A DNA stretch of 64,000 nt from Lentisphaerae bacterium WC36 (GCA_020683205.1 CP085689.1:2162230-2226229); one strand, 5' to 3'. Counted from the first letter of the stretch, positions 18,631 through 29,616 are shown. Made by a program: numbers and translations. The notes: generated from the sequence alone by a model not told the origin.

Positions 18631-19824
18631 TCACCAGAACTGTTTACCACGACGGCGCATTCCAGGAACAAGTTCATGCCAAATACTTTTACCACGTGGC
18701 GAAATCAGCCTTGTGGGTGAATTACGCTTAAATGCACGCATACCAGCTAAAAGATACTCAGCATTTTCAGTAATTTCACCTCCACGCAAATAAACACTAT
18801 TTAAGAAAATATGAACATTACTAATATAAAGCAATAAACTTCCTTTCATTGCATCACGAAGTAAATTAACATCATCTTCTCCATCAAGAATTGTTTGAAG
18901 AACACGATAATAAACTTTCACCATAGCTTGATAATAGGCGATACGACGTGGAAGATATTCTAAAACATGAGTTGCGGGATTAAAGTATAATAACCCTTCC
19001 CATGACTCAATATTCAAACTATATCCATACATATCACGAGCTAATTCATCTTTTGCTATATCTGGGAAATTACATTTAGATGCAAAATCAACAGGGCTAT
19101 AAGCCGTATTCATATTTGTATAATAAAATGAACTTTCTAGATCATTTTGTCGCATAGCAGTGGATTCAACTTCTTGTTCCAAAGCATTTATAACACGATT
19201 CTTTTTGCAAAAATGATCTAGCATTCCGTAAAGAAGGTCGGCAAGCCTTTTGGTTTCCTCATATGAATAAGGTATTAATTGCATTGGATTATCTGCACTA
19301 GGCATAAGTGGTTGATCAAACTCTGGAGGTTGCTTATAATAAAATGATAATAATACCCAAAAAGATGATAAATGTCTATGATTTCGCTTTAAAGCAGCGC
19401 GCGCATAATCTTTAACAGCACCATATAAGTGACGACTTATTTTATTTTCTTCAGCCATATCAATACTATTACAGCCAATAATTAGTTCAGGGATGTTTCG
19501 TTCAAGTAATCCACATGCAAAATCAAAGGCATAATCAAGGTCATTAAACTCATTTTTTCTTATTAAGAAATTCTTTTTTTTGACGTGAGGACTAACTGCT
19601 GCTCCAAAAATATCCCCAGTACCATATTTCAAGTTTTCATAGGTCATCAAAATAGGCAATAACCCACTGCTCATTACATACATACAATTACTACTACTTC
19701 GCCCTTCAAGCTGTCGATGACCATTATTTAAATAATAATTTACATAATGATTTAATTTTGATCGCTTACGAATCATACGCTGAATTTTGTCATTGTTTAG
19801 CAATAAACTTACAATTATATTCAT
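18631..19824 (-). CDS. Member 1 of a tandem three-gene family of unknown function (~400 aa, no signal peptide)
   Basis: Shares colinear blocks with the next two genes (HVNYFL-NGH, SNC-Y, SFWVL, ESWE-LLYF, LEYLP, LYIS--H-FL, TE-AEYLL-G-R-FKRNS, GKQF[WY]). Confidence 0.6.
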   Translation of the reverse strand: MNIIVSLLLNNDKIQRMIRKRSKLNHYVNYYLNNGHRQLEGRSSSNCMYVMSSGLLPILMTYENLKYGTGDIFGAAVSPHVKKKNFLIRKNEFNDLDYAFDFACGLLERNIPELIIGCNSIDMAEENKISRHLYGAVKDYARAALKRNHRHLSSFWVLLSFYYKQPPEFDQPLMPSADNPMQLIPYSYEETKRLADLLYGMLDHFCKKNRVINALEQEVESTAMRQNDLESSFYYTNMNTAYSPVDFASKCNFPDIAKDELARDMYGYSLNIESWEGLLYFNPATHVLEYLPRRIAYYQAMVKVYYRVLQTILDGEDDVNLLRDAMKGSLLLYISNVHIFLNSVYLRGGEITENAEYLLAGMRAFKRNSPTRLISPRGKSIWHELVPGMRRRGKQFW

Positions 19825-19858
19825 CTGATTGTCTCCAGTCTAATCTTATTATTAAATA

Positions 19859-21061
19859 TTAATAAAATTGTTTTCCTTCTCTGCAATTATTACCAATAGC
19901 TCCAGGTTGCCAAATATTAACTCCCCTAGCAGTAACAAGGCGGCTAACTGAGTTACGTTTGAAACTTCTAAAGCCACTTAATATATACTCCGCAGTTTCA
20001 GTAACTTGCCCAGATAAGTCATAAATACTACGCATAAATAAATGAAGGCTCGAAATATATAATTTGAAGTTCAATGCTAAATTTTCTCCAATAAAAGCAT
20101 CATCAAATTCACCACTGCGAACAAAATTAAAAACATTCCCATAAGTAGCTACCAGTAAATAACAGCACGCAATATTTTGTGGTAAATATTCTAAGCAACG
20201 AGTTTCTGGACTTATATAGAGCAATGATTCCCATGACTCTATTTGCATACTATATGCAAACAAATCTTGAGCCATTTCATCCAAAGCTTCACGCTGAAAT
20301 TGAGCCTTAACTGCAAAATCAATACACGTATAACTAGGAGATTCTTGAGTGTAGTAAATAGTTGATTCTAAAGGATGTTCTGTCGTAGCTAAGCCCGGTT
20401 TGGCCTCCGATGTTTGTTTAACACTATTTATATTTTTATTACGTACACAAAAATCATTTAAGGTATCTTTAATTAAATCCTCTAATTCAAAAAATCGTTG
20501 CTGTGTATATGGTACAACCTGCATCAAATTTGTTGAATCTGGAATTAATGCCTGATTATTAGGAGTCTCTTTGTAATAAAGAGCAGCTATTACCCAAAAA
20601 CTACATCCTGAAGAGGATTTTCTTTTTACCGCATTATTAGCTTTTTCCAAAACAAAAGCAGATAGCCTTTTACTGTTAACTTGATCCGTTAAAGATAATG
20701 CTGAAGTATTTACACCAAACTCAAGTGCTGGAATATGAACTTCAATTTCTCGGCATAAAATCATAAAATTTGCTGCAATATTTTTTGTCAAATCTCTTTT
20801 TTTTCCAAAAACCATACGCGCTTTTGATGAAGTTCCTCCAAACAGTGCTTTAGTATTTAATCTAATATTTTGATAGGTCATCAATGCAGGCAGCAAGTAC
20901 TGTGCTAATGCATAAACACAATTTGACGTATTACGACCAGTAGCAAGCTTTTCATGTCCGTTACTTAAAAAATAATTCACATGAGTTTTTATCTTTTGAA
21001 AGCGCATAAGAGCTACCTTAACAGTAGGATCTTTTTCTATCATTTGTAAAATTTGTTGCAA
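19859..21061 (-). CDS. Member 2 of the tandem family (400 aa)
   Basis: Same conserved blocks; only 34 nt separate it from member 1. Confidence 0.6.
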   Translation of the reverse strand: MQQILQMIEKDPTVKVALMRFQKIKTHVNYFLSNGHEKLATGRNTSNCVYALAQYLLPALMTYQNIRLNTKALFGGTSSKARMVFGKKRDLTKNIAANFMILCREIEVHIPALEFGVNTSALSLTDQVNSKRLSAFVLEKANNAVKRKSSSGCSFWVIAALYYKETPNNQALIPDSTNLMQVVPYTQQRFFELEDLIKDTLNDFCVRNKNINSVKQTSEAKPGLATTEHPLESTIYYTQESPSYTCIDFAVKAQFQREALDEMAQDLFAYSMQIESWESLLYISPETRCLEYLPQNIACCYLLVATYGNVFNFVRSGEFDDAFIGENLALNFKLYISSLHLFMRSIYDLSGQVTETAEYILSGFRSFKRNSVSRLVTARGVNIWQPGAIGNNCREGKQFY

Positions 21062-21188
21062 TATTAATACCTCAACCGTTTACATATAATTATATAATAA
21101 ATATTATAATTACAGAAAGAAATTTGACAACATTTTTCTGTTAGGTATTAACGTATAAATGCAACTCGTTTTTTATATAAAATTTTAT

Positions 21189-22297
21189 TTTATTGCCATA
21201 AACTGCTACCTCGTTGAGCAAGAAGAAGGCTCATTGAATTTTTCTTTAAGTAGCGCATAATGCTTAAAAGATGTCGTGCATTTTCTGTTGTTGCTCCTGT
21301 TTTTTTTGTAAATAGCCCTTAAAAAAATATGATGATTAGCAATGTACATCAAAATATTCATTTTAACACGAGGAAGTAAATTTGCTTCACTAGATGAACT
21401 TATATGCGAAAAAACAGAATTATAAACATTTTGAATAAATTTTGCAGAAGCTATTTCAAGAGGCAAATACTCTAAACAGCCACTATGGCTATCAAAAAAG
21501 AGTAAATTCTCCCAAGATTCAATAGCCATGCTAAAGCCATAAAAATCACGTGCCAAATGGTTGGCTAATTCTAATTGAAAATGACATCTTGCAGCCAAAT
21601 CTGCAGGAGATATTATAACTCCATCACCAGATTGATAAGGGTTTTCTGCTAAATTTTCCTTAGAGTGTGTCTGAGTAATGTCGTTAAGAATTCGATGCTT
21701 CTGTTTAAATGCATTAATTTTGTCATCACAAGATTGTTCAAGAAGTTTAAATTCAGCCAAAGAAAACTTTGTTAACTGAAAATGATTTCCAACCCTTGGA
21801 ACAAATGCTTCTAAATATGCTAACTCACTCTGATAATAGAAGGCTGCCAAAACCCAAAATGAACGCATATTCCCATGGTTTCTTTGCAAAGCAGTCTGTG
21901 CTTTTTCATCAATAAATTGACTAACAAACGCTTGGCTCTCTCTATAAACTCCTCGATGAGTTCCCTCTATTAAATCGGGTATATATTTTTCCATTGCTTT
22001 ACATGCAGTGATAATACAATCATCAATATCTTCACTAGGTCGTTGTCCAAATAATGGAGGAAAAAGATCATCGCTAACTGTGCAAATATTTAAATATGCA
22101 AGTAATGCTGGAAATAAAAAGGCACTCAAAGCCACCATACAATTTGAGCCAACATCTTTATCCAATTTTTTATAATTTTCATGTAAATAAAACTGTACAT
22201 GCTTATTTAACTTTGCATTACGAGACAAAGCATTTTTAACAGCTCTATTAGAAGTAATTAGTTGCCAAATATCGTCATTCACTACCTTAATCCTCAA
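21189..22297 (-). pseudogene. Member 3 of the tandem family, with the C-terminus displaced by a 1-nt frameshift in an A8/T8 homopolymer at about 21301-21309
   Basis: The called ORF (21206..22297) ends in non-homologous residues. Shifting frame at the A8 tract restores the family C-terminus (…TENARHLLSIMRYLKKNSMSLLLAQRGSSLWQ*) ending at 21189. Confidence 0.5.
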
Positions 22298-22520
22298 AAA
22301 TTTACTTGCTATTTATTTGTACCCCTAATAAAATTATCATAAACTCTTCAAAAGATTTTTGCAATAATATATTACTTTTTATTATTAATCATATTTCAAT
22401 CCCCTATCCAATTTTAAAAACAGCGAAATAAAAACTAATTTAAATAAGCACTAATAAAATAGGAAATTTTTCAAAATATGAAAAGTGTAAATATAGAATA
22501 TAACAGAATTAGAAAAGGAG

Positions 22521-22751
22521 TTGCAAGAAATGCCAGAAAAGAAATATTATGATATAAAAAAAGGAAAGTTAGCCGAAATTAAAAACGCATTTAATAATCC
22601 TGACAAGAAAAGTGACATTGATAGCTTTATTGGTATTGATGAACTGCTAAATACTGCTTCATTTCCTAAATCCTTGAATTATGACGATAATTTTAATAAT
22701 GAAGCTAATAAAAAGTTAGAATATGACTTTTTGAAAACAATTAACAATTAA
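22521..22751 (+). CDS. Small hypothetical protein (76 aa)
   Basis: ATG with AAAGGAG upstream; no homology recognised. Confidence 0.3.
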   Translation: MQEMPEKKYYDIKKGKLAEIKNAFNNPDKKSDIDSFIGIDELLNTASFPKSLNYDDNFNNEANKKLEYDFLKTINN

Positions 22752-23177
22752 AAATTTTTAGAGCCAATTGCAAAAGTCCTTGAGGTTGCTTGTTAATAAG
22801 TTTGTTGTCGTTAATTTTAGTATAGTGTGTTGAAATTTTCGTTTTTTTGCTCTTAACAAGACCTTTCAAGGCACGAGGAAAAAGTCCAGCTGTTGGATGG
22901 ATTTCGAATTTGCCGACTTGAATATATTGCAATTGATTCGTTAGTAGCACAAAATACTATTGAGCAAATTAAAAATTTACGAGATTCTGATATTATAAAT
23001 CAAATAATAAGAAATTACAGTGACCTATTTGATGGAATAACAAATTTTAAACATCAAAATTTTGAAGAAATACAATCCATCTCAAACAAAATTAAAAAAA
23101 TTATTGAAAGTTTAAAAGACAATGAACCCCAACATAGCGATTCTGAATAACGTCTGCCTAATTTTAAAATGATAGGC

Positions 23178-23216
23178 AAAAAAAAGAGTTGCCCAAAAAA
23201 TGACAACTCTTTTTTA
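23178..23216. terminator. Bidirectional rho-independent terminator (A-run, stem aaagagttg / caactcttt, T-run) downstream of argG
   Basis: 9-bp stem flanked by AAAAAAAA on one side and TTTTTT on the other. Confidence 0.5.
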
Positions 23217-23244
23217 ATATCATAAACTCAATATAAGTCAAGTT

Positions 23245-24444
23245 CTAGTAGCGACGTTGTTTGCTACGAGCTAGAGTTCTTAAACGTAAAGCGTTTAATT
23301 TAATGAATCCAGCTGCATCTTTGTGATCATATGAATCCTCATCATCCTCAAATGAAGCAACAGCTTCATCAAACAAGCTAAATTCAGAGCGACGACCAGT
23401 CACATGACAAGCGCCTTTGAATAACTTCACACGCACATCACCAGTTACAAACTTTTGTGATTCAGTGATTGCTGCTTGAAGCATTTCACGCTCTGGAGCA
23501 AACCAAAAACCATTATAAACTAACTCTGCATATTTAGGCACTAAACTATCGCGAATCGCCATCGCCTCTTTGTCCATTGTTAAAGTTTCTAAAGCGCGGT
23601 GAGCATGGTGTAAAATTGTACCACCTGGAGTTTCATAAACGCCACGAGATTTCATACCAACAAAACGGTTCTCAACGATATCAATACGACCAACTGCGTG
23701 CTCTTTACCAATAGCATTCAATTTACGCATAATATTTGCAGGACTTAATTCTTCTCCATTAACTGCTACAGGAATACCCTTTTCAAAAGTAATAACAACA
23801 TCTTCTGGCTCATCAGCTGCTTGTGATAAAGGCTTAGTCATTACGAATACTTCTTCTGGGCACTCCTTCCAAGGATCTTCAAGCACGCCACCTTCAAAAC
23901 TAATATGTAATAAATTACGATCCATACTATAAGGTTTTTCAGCAGTTGTAGTAACTTCAATACCGTTTTTCTCTGCATATTCACATAAATCCATACGACC
24001 TTTGAAGTCCCATTCACGCCAAGGAGCAATAACTTTAATATCTGGCTCCATTGCATAAGCTGCTAGTTCAAAACGAATTTGGTCATTACCTTTACCTGTC
24101 GCACCATGGCAAATTGCATCTGCGCCTTCAGCACGAGCAATTTCGATTAATCTTTTACCAATTAATGGACGCGCAATTGATGTTCCCAAAAGGTAAGTAC
24201 CTTCATAAATAGCATTAGCTTGCATCATTGGGAAAATGAAATCACGAGCAAATTCTTCTGTTAAATCCTCAACATAGCACTTCTCAGCACCAGTTTTTAT
24301 CGCTTTATCTTCAACACCGTCAAGCTCTTCTTCTTGACCAACATCTGCACAAAAACCAACTACATCAGCATTATAAGTTTCTTTTACCCATTTAACAATC
24401 ACTGAAGTATCAAGTCCTCCAGAATAAGCTACAACAACTTTCAT
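23245..24444 (-). CDS. argG: Argininosuccinate synthase
   Basis: [11 protein letters not shown]-loop; the full 399-aa length is colinear with ArgG. Confidence 0.9.
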   Translation of the reverse strand: MKVVVAYSGGLDTSVIVKWVKETYNADVVGFCADVGQEEELDGVEDKAIKTGAEKCYVEDLTEEFARDFIFPMMQANAIYEGTYLLGTSIARPLIGKRLIEIARAEGADAICHGATGKGNDQIRFELAAYAMEPDIKVIAPWREWDFKGRMDLCEYAEKNGIEVTTTAEKPYSMDRNLLHISFEGGVLEDPWKECPEEVFVMTKPLSQAADEPEDVVITFEKGIPVAVNGEELSPANIMRKLNAIGKEHAVGRIDIVENRFVGMKSRGVYETPGGTILHHAHRALETLTMDKEAMAIRDSLVPKYAELVYNGFWFAPEREMLQAAITESQKFVTGDVRVKLFKGACHVTGRRSEFSLFDEAVASFEDDEDSYDHKDAAGFIKLNALRLRTLARSKQRRY

Positions 24445-24546
24445 CGTGTTATCTCCTAAAAATAAAATATCTATTCTTACTGTTTATATTAATTAATTAT
24501 TTTATCTAAAAATACCGCCTAATGTAGCACAATTTCATGATTTGTA

Positions 24547-26088
24547 CTAATCATTTTTTACATTAATTTGCAATTTTCTTTTGTCATCGCCTGCAACATA
24601 AACCGTTGAACTAGGGAAAGCAAAGTCAATAGAAGCTTCATTGAATCTTTTTAACACTCGCAAATTAACATCGCTATGCCATTTCATAGCTTCAAAATAC
24701 TCGTTTGGGTGATACCATGCAGTCACTTTTATATTTAAACTAAAGTCGCCAAAGTTATCAAACATTACTCGAGTACGATGAGGATTTTCTGGATCTCCTG
24801 CTGCAAATTCATGATATGGGTCGCAATTACAAGGAGGAATTTTACCATACTCTTCTTTCAAAATTGCAATCGCCTCCTCGACTTTCTCTGGTGATGTGTC
24901 ATATGTCAGTCCAATAGTCGGAGTAAATTTAATGTATGGTCGTTCGCTAATATTTTCAATGATAGTACTCGCTAGAACTTGATTAGGAATTGTTACTCTA
25001 TGCCCTAACAATGTTTTTATTGTTGTACTCCTAAAGCCAACATTTTCTACAACTCCATCATGATTATCGACAATAATACGATCATCATGCTTAAAAGGAC
25101 GGTCTAAAGTAATCATTATTGAGCCAAAGAAATTAGCAATCGTATCCTTTGCTGCAAACGCCACTGCTAAACCAACCACCCCAGCAGAGGCTAATAACGT
25201 AGTTATATCAATTGATAAAATATTTTTTCCAATAAATAACACTCCTGTTACAGCAATAAAAACTTTGAGTGTTTTACGTATTAGCGACACAATTAAGTTG
25301 TCTAAATTATTATCGGTACGGCGCGCTAACTTATGCAAGTAGTAATCTAAAACCATTACTAAACGGTATAAATACCAAACCACACTCCATGCAGCAGTTG
25401 CTAAAAACAGTCTTCCTAAGATATTGAAAACAAATGGAGGAAACAGCTTTATTAATGGATATGTACACGAAAAAACTACCACTGTAAAAATAAACAACGC
25501 CAAGCATGGCGAAATAGCAAGCACCATACGGTCATCTAATTCAGTATTAGTTTTACGGGCATATTTCTTTGCCAAATGATGTTCAAAAGCCCATCTGATA
25601 AAACGGTACAATAATAAACCAAAAATAATTCCAAAAAATGCGAGAAGCACACTTCCCCAATTTTGAAATTCTTTTATTTTCTTAAGGTCTCGAATAACTT
25701 TATAAAACAATCTTTTCATTCGTCCGAGCTGCTTTTCAGGATTAGCATCATCGATTTCAAGTTGTTTTTTTGCTTCTTCACTGGCAGCTTTATCTTTAGA
25801 ACTTAAATTTAAGTTACCATTCTCCAAGTTTGAAACATTTAAATAAAGCTTATCTACATTGTAAACAACATTTTTGTCCGTAGTTTTATTTTTTTGTTGA
25901 TCTTTTTTCAGTTGTTGATCTTTTTCAATTAAGTCAATCGATAGCGGAGTAGTATTTTCAGGCATTTCTTTAATTTCTGAAGAAATATCCTGAATATTTT
26001 CTTTGACATTTTTAATTGCAAAGGAGTTAAAAGAAAAGAATAACAAACTTAAAACTGTAATAATTAGAGTAATCAGATTTTTTTTCAT
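24547..26088 (-). CDS. Mechanosensitive ion channel, MscS family (large periplasmic N-terminus)
   Basis: Signal peptide plus three TM helices followed by the MscS β-domain (…GVVGLAVAFAAKDTIANFFGSIMITLDRPFKHDDRI…). Confidence 0.7.
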   Translation of the reverse strand: MKKNLITLIITVLSLLFFSFNSFAIKNVKENIQDISSEIKEMPENTTPLSIDLIEKDQQLKKDQQKNKTTDKNVVYNVDKLYLNVSNLENGNLNLSSKDKAASEEAKKQLEIDDANPEKQLGRMKRLFYKVIRDLKKIKEFQNWGSVLLAFFGIIFGLLLYRFIRWAFEHHLAKKYARKTNTELDDRMVLAISPCLALFIFTVVVFSCTYPLIKLFPPFVFNILGRLFLATAAWSVVWYLYRLVMVLDYYLHKLARRTDNNLDNLIVSLIRKTLKVFIAVTGVLFIGKNILSIDITTLLASAGVVGLAVAFAAKDTIANFFGSIMITLDRPFKHDDRIIVDNHDGVVENVGFRSTTIKTLLGHRVTIPNQVLASTIIENISERPYIKFTPTIGLTYDTSPEKVEEAIAILKEEYGKIPPCNCDPYHEFAAGDPENPHRTRVMFDNFGDFSLNIKVTAWYHPNEYFEAMKWHSDVNLRVLKRFNEASIDFAFPSSTVYVAGDDKRKLQINVKND

Positions 26089-26176
26089 AGGAATATTTTT
26101 TATTTTTATTAGGTTTTACCATTTTTAAATCTATTAATAAGCTGTATAGTTATATTTTAATTTGAATTAGAGTTAA

Positions 26177-27109
26177 GTGCAAACAGTTTTGGAAGATTTT
26201 ATGAATAAAGTTGATATTTTTGATAGCATAATTGAAGTTATTCAAGAAGAAAGCGATAAAAACGGTAAATTAATTGTTAGTAATATGGAAATTCTAAAAG
26301 AATTTTTTACTAATAATAATACTGATGGTAAAAACGTTAAGATCATTCAACATCAACATGCCCAAAAAGTTAAAACACAGCAACAGCAACCTACAAAAAG
26401 TAATAGGGTGCAACAAAATAAAATTACAAATATTGCACAAACACAACAGTCAGAGCAAAAAATAACTGACAAACATTTACAACAAAATAGTAACTCAAAT
26501 CAAACTATTCGTTCAATTAATAACGATAATAGTCCTAAAAGTGAATTTGCAAATCAATTAAACAATTACGACTTAGCGACATTGAAAAAACTCACCGACA
26601 ATTGTCAACGTTGCGATTTATGCAATAACCGTGGTCATGGTGTTTTTGGAGCAGGAAATCCTCATGCTGAATTAATGTTTATTGGTGAAGTTCCAACGGC
26701 AAATGATAATATTAGTGGAACACCATTTAATAATGTTGACGGGGAACTTTTAGCCAAAATGATTACGGCTATGAAGTTTAGCTGTGATGAAATTTTTATA
26801 ACTCATACAGTTAAATGCCACTCAGAAAATGAGCGGCAGCCATATCCAACTGAAGCTTTAAAATGTTTGCCATATTTAGAACGCCAAATTGAATTAGTTA
26901 AGCCTAAAGTAATTGTGTTATTAGGCGGAGTACCATTACGATATTTAATGAAACTCAATAACGTAAATAATTATCATGGTCAATGGCTTGATTACCACGG
27001 CATAAAAGTCATGCCTACATTCTCTCCTTCTTATTTGAATCGTTACCCAACCGAAAAGGGAAAAACATGGCATGATCTTAAACAAGTTATGGCATTTTTT
27101 GACCGTTAA
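26177..27109 (+). CDS. Uracil-DNA glycosylase superfamily protein (family 4/5-like, Fe-S) with a ~140-aa Q/N-rich N-terminal extension
   Basis: CQRCDLC…GAGNPHAELMFIGEVP…HTVKC…C Cys cluster and the GE-P motif region; low-complexity Q/N-rich N-terminus. Confidence 0.6.
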   Translation: MQTVLEDFMNKVDIFDSIIEVIQEESDKNGKLIVSNMEILKEFFTNNNTDGKNVKIIQHQHAQKVKTQQQQPTKSNRVQQNKITNIAQTQQSEQKITDKHLQQNSNSNQTIRSINNDNSPKSEFANQLNNYDLATLKKLTDNCQRCDLCNNRGHGVFGAGNPHAELMFIGEVPTANDNISGTPFNNVDGELLAKMITAMKFSCDEIFITHTVKCHSENERQPYPTEALKCLPYLERQIELVKPKVIVLLGGVPLRYLMKLNNVNNYHGQWLDYHGIKVMPTFSPSYLNRYPTEKGKTWHDLKQVMAFFDR

Positions 27110-27120
27110 ATATTAAAAAC

Positions 27121-28113
27121 TTAATTATTAACTTTACTTTTATTTGACGCCTGATTATCTTGTTTTCCTTTAGCATCAAGTTCAGCTAAATGTTGATTTA
27201 TTAAATCATAAGCTTTACCCAAAACATCGCCGTAATCTTCTGATTTGAAATCAAATTTTAAGTTTACAGCAGCTTTTACATCATCAAAATCAACTTTTAA
27301 ATCACGTTTCAATTTCTTAGCAAAAGTATCATCTTTTAATTGCATTCCAGCCACGGCAAAAAGTATATCACGATTTGCTAAATAACCTTCTTTCATATCT
27401 TTATAAGTTTCAATATCACTTAAATTCATAGTAGCATTTAGTTTAAAATTATTAACTTTAGCTTTTTTAGGTAATTCAAATGTTATTATGCCGTCAGCAA
27501 ACTCTGGAATATCACAAAGCAAGCCAAATCCATACTGTGAAATCAAATTAAAATCTTTTTTAGTTTTAGTAGTCAATTTACTCTTATTTTCATTATCAAT
27601 AAAGTTATTAATAAAATTTTTCAACGAAGCTTCGCTATCAGTTGCAACACTGGTCTTGTCATCAATAAAATAAACATAGTTTGGAGTTATTTCTCCAAAG
27701 ACATCTTTCTTTTTCGGAGTAATAATATAAATATCTTTATTTGCTAATTTTTTCTCATCAACACTATTAAATTTTTTTGCCACAGGCAAATATTCCTTTT
27801 TGGGCACAATATAAGTAGTAACTGCATAAAGGTTATTTTCATCCTTAACCACAATTAATGCCTCATCTTCAAGCCTACATTCTTCAAAGTCAATTCCATC
27901 GGATGCGCATACTGCCTTCATCAAACTTTCTAAATCTTTATGTTTAAGCATTTCTTGAACATTTATATAACCTAAAAAAGCATAATCATTTGAAAGATAT
28001 TTTTGAAGATAAGCTTTATTATTTTCTTTCAATTCACTGGCAGTAACTATTGTGCCAACACCAACGAATAAAGTTAACACAAAGAAAATAGAAATAAATA
28101 ATTTTTTAAACAT
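27121..28113 (-). CDS. Secreted hypothetical protein (330 aa)
   Basis: Signal peptide; no recognised domain. Confidence 0.5.
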   Translation of the reverse strand: MFKKLFISIFFVLTLFVGVGTIVTASELKENNKAYLQKYLSNDYAFLGYINVQEMLKHKDLESLMKAVCASDGIDFEECRLEDEALIVVKDENNLYAVTTYIVPKKEYLPVAKKFNSVDEKKLANKDIYIITPKKKDVFGEITPNYVYFIDDKTSVATDSEASLKNFINNFIDNENKSKLTTKTKKDFNLISQYGFGLLCDIPEFADGIITFELPKKAKVNNFKLNATMNLSDIETYKDMKEGYLANRDILFAVAGMQLKDDTFAKKLKRDLKVDFDDVKAAVNLKFDFKSEDYGDVLGKAYDLINQHLAELDAKGKQDNQASNKSKVNN

Positions 28114-28274
28114 TGCACACCCCTTAGGTTATTATATATTTTTTTAATGACTTTATTATTAATAAAAATATAATTAGTTTTTTAATTAATGCTAGTATTT
28201 TGTTCTATTAAAATTAAAATAGAATATAGAGCTTTTTACATTTTTTATATTCGATTAACAAAATAAGGTATCAA

Positions 28275-28727
28275 ATGAAATTTCCAAATATTTTCCAATA
28301 CTCAAAAAAACATTTTATCTTTGTCTCCGTGATAATTTTTTGTATAATAGTGCCAATCTTTATGATTATTGGCGAAAAATCTCTTAAATTACAAAAAGAT
28401 ACCTTTTTTGAAATGAAAAATATTTGCAACAAAATTACCACTGACTATCGAAAAAATAATTTCTTGCCACAAAAAATAAATCTTAAAAATTATTCAAAAA
28501 GTTCCATTGCAAATTTATTAACCTATAAATTTTTAAGCAACAACAAATTTGAATTAAGCTTTCAAGCAACTTCATTTGAAAATAATATCATTTTGACTGC
28601 AAGAATTGATAAAACTCTAAATGTTATTACTTATGAATTAAAATGTGATAACTATTTGGCAAATTATATTAAAAGGCGCTTTATGCATGACAAAAGATGG
28701 ATTGAACCTTATCAAACAAAACCATAA
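28275..28727 (+). CDS. Hypothetical membrane-anchored protein (150 aa)
   Basis: N-terminal TM helix; no homology recognised. Confidence 0.4.
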   Translation: MKFPNIFQYSKKHFIFVSVIIFCIIVPIFMIIGEKSLKLQKDTFFEMKNICNKITTDYRKNNFLPQKINLKNYSKSSIANLLTYKFLSNNKFELSFQATSFENNIILTARIDKTLNVITYELKCDNYLANYIKRRFMHDKRWIEPYQTKP

Positions 28728-28791
28728 AAAAACTGAGCATCAAAATTGATACTCAGTTTAATATATCGAAATGTGTTTAAATTTTTATAAT

Positions 28792-29616
28792 TTATACTTC
28801 AAGTTTATTTTTTTCTTTAGCGATAAAGTAATAACATGCTCCTAACAACGCACCACCGATAATATTACCAATTGATGCTGGAATAATATTATGAACCAAA
28901 TGCATAATTGTAATTTTTTCTGTTGTCAAAATTGCTAACGGAAACAATGTCATATTTGCCACGCTGTGTTCAAATCCAGAACTAATAAATGCAAACAAAC
29001 ACCAAAAAATCAATGCTAATTTTGCCATATCATTCTTAGTACGAGCACAAGTCCACACTGCCAAACAAACTAAAATGTTACATAAAATACCTTTTACCAT
29101 CAAGCTAAAAAATGGCGAGGCAGCTTTATAACTTGCTAAATATTCGGTAAAAGCAGCAGTTTCACCTTTTATTAGTCCACTCGCTTTAATCGTGAATGCT
29201 AAGATTATTCCACCTACAAAATTACCAATATAACAAACAGTCCATAATTTAACCAAATTCATGAACTTTATTCTTTTATCAAGAACACCGATCGTCATAA
29301 TCATATTGTTACTTGTAAATAATTCCGCTCCAGCAAAAATTACCAACGTCAACGCAAGACCAAACGCTAACCCAATCAACGTCTTCAAGAATGGATTGTG
29401 AGCGGCGTGCAATGGCGCACCAATATTAATAATTAGAATTACAGCAAACCCAACATAAATCGATGCAAGAATTGCCATTAAAAAATATTTTGCAATATCC
29501 AAATTAAGAAATTTAATTTTCTTAACTGCCATATTGCTAAAATTTTCAATTGTTTCTAAAACCATTTTTACTCCTAAAAAAACTTTAAAACTTCCTATAG
29601 TGCTACAAAAACACAA
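28792..29616 (-). CDS. Formate/nitrite transporter (FNT) family channel
   Basis: Six-TM FNT pattern with LFTSNN and GGALLG-like loops; the true start is probably the internal Met (MVLETIEN…) near 29565. Confidence 0.75.
   Translation of the reverse strand: MCFCSTIGSFKVFLGVKMVLETIENFSNMAVKKIKFLNLDIAKYFLMAILASIYVGFAVILIINIGAPLHAAHNPFLKTLIGLAFGLALTLVIFAGAELFTSNNMIMTIGVLDKRIKFMNLVKLWTVCYIGNFVGGIILAFTIKASGLIKGETAAFTEYLASYKAASPFFSLMVKGILCNILVCLAVWTCARTKNDMAKLALIFWCLFAFISSGFEHSVANMTLFPLAILTTEKITIMHLVHNIIPASIGNIIGGALLGACYYFIAKEKNKLEV

Noticed and set aside
22866-22890. The gaggaaaaagtccagctg string resembling the RNase P RNA CR-I motif (GAGGAAAGUCCGGGCUC)
   Set aside because: It has two extra A's, and none of the other conserved RNase P regions (CR-II to CR-V) occur nearby in the very AT-rich flanks. 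It is a coincidental match.
22741-23150. Overlapping ORFs 22741..22950 (minus) and 22893..23150 (plus) between the small 22521 ORF and argG
   Set aside because: They overlap each other, have no RBS or homology, and the composition is non-coding-like. A tRNA-like TTCGAAT at about 22912 does not fold into a T-arm.
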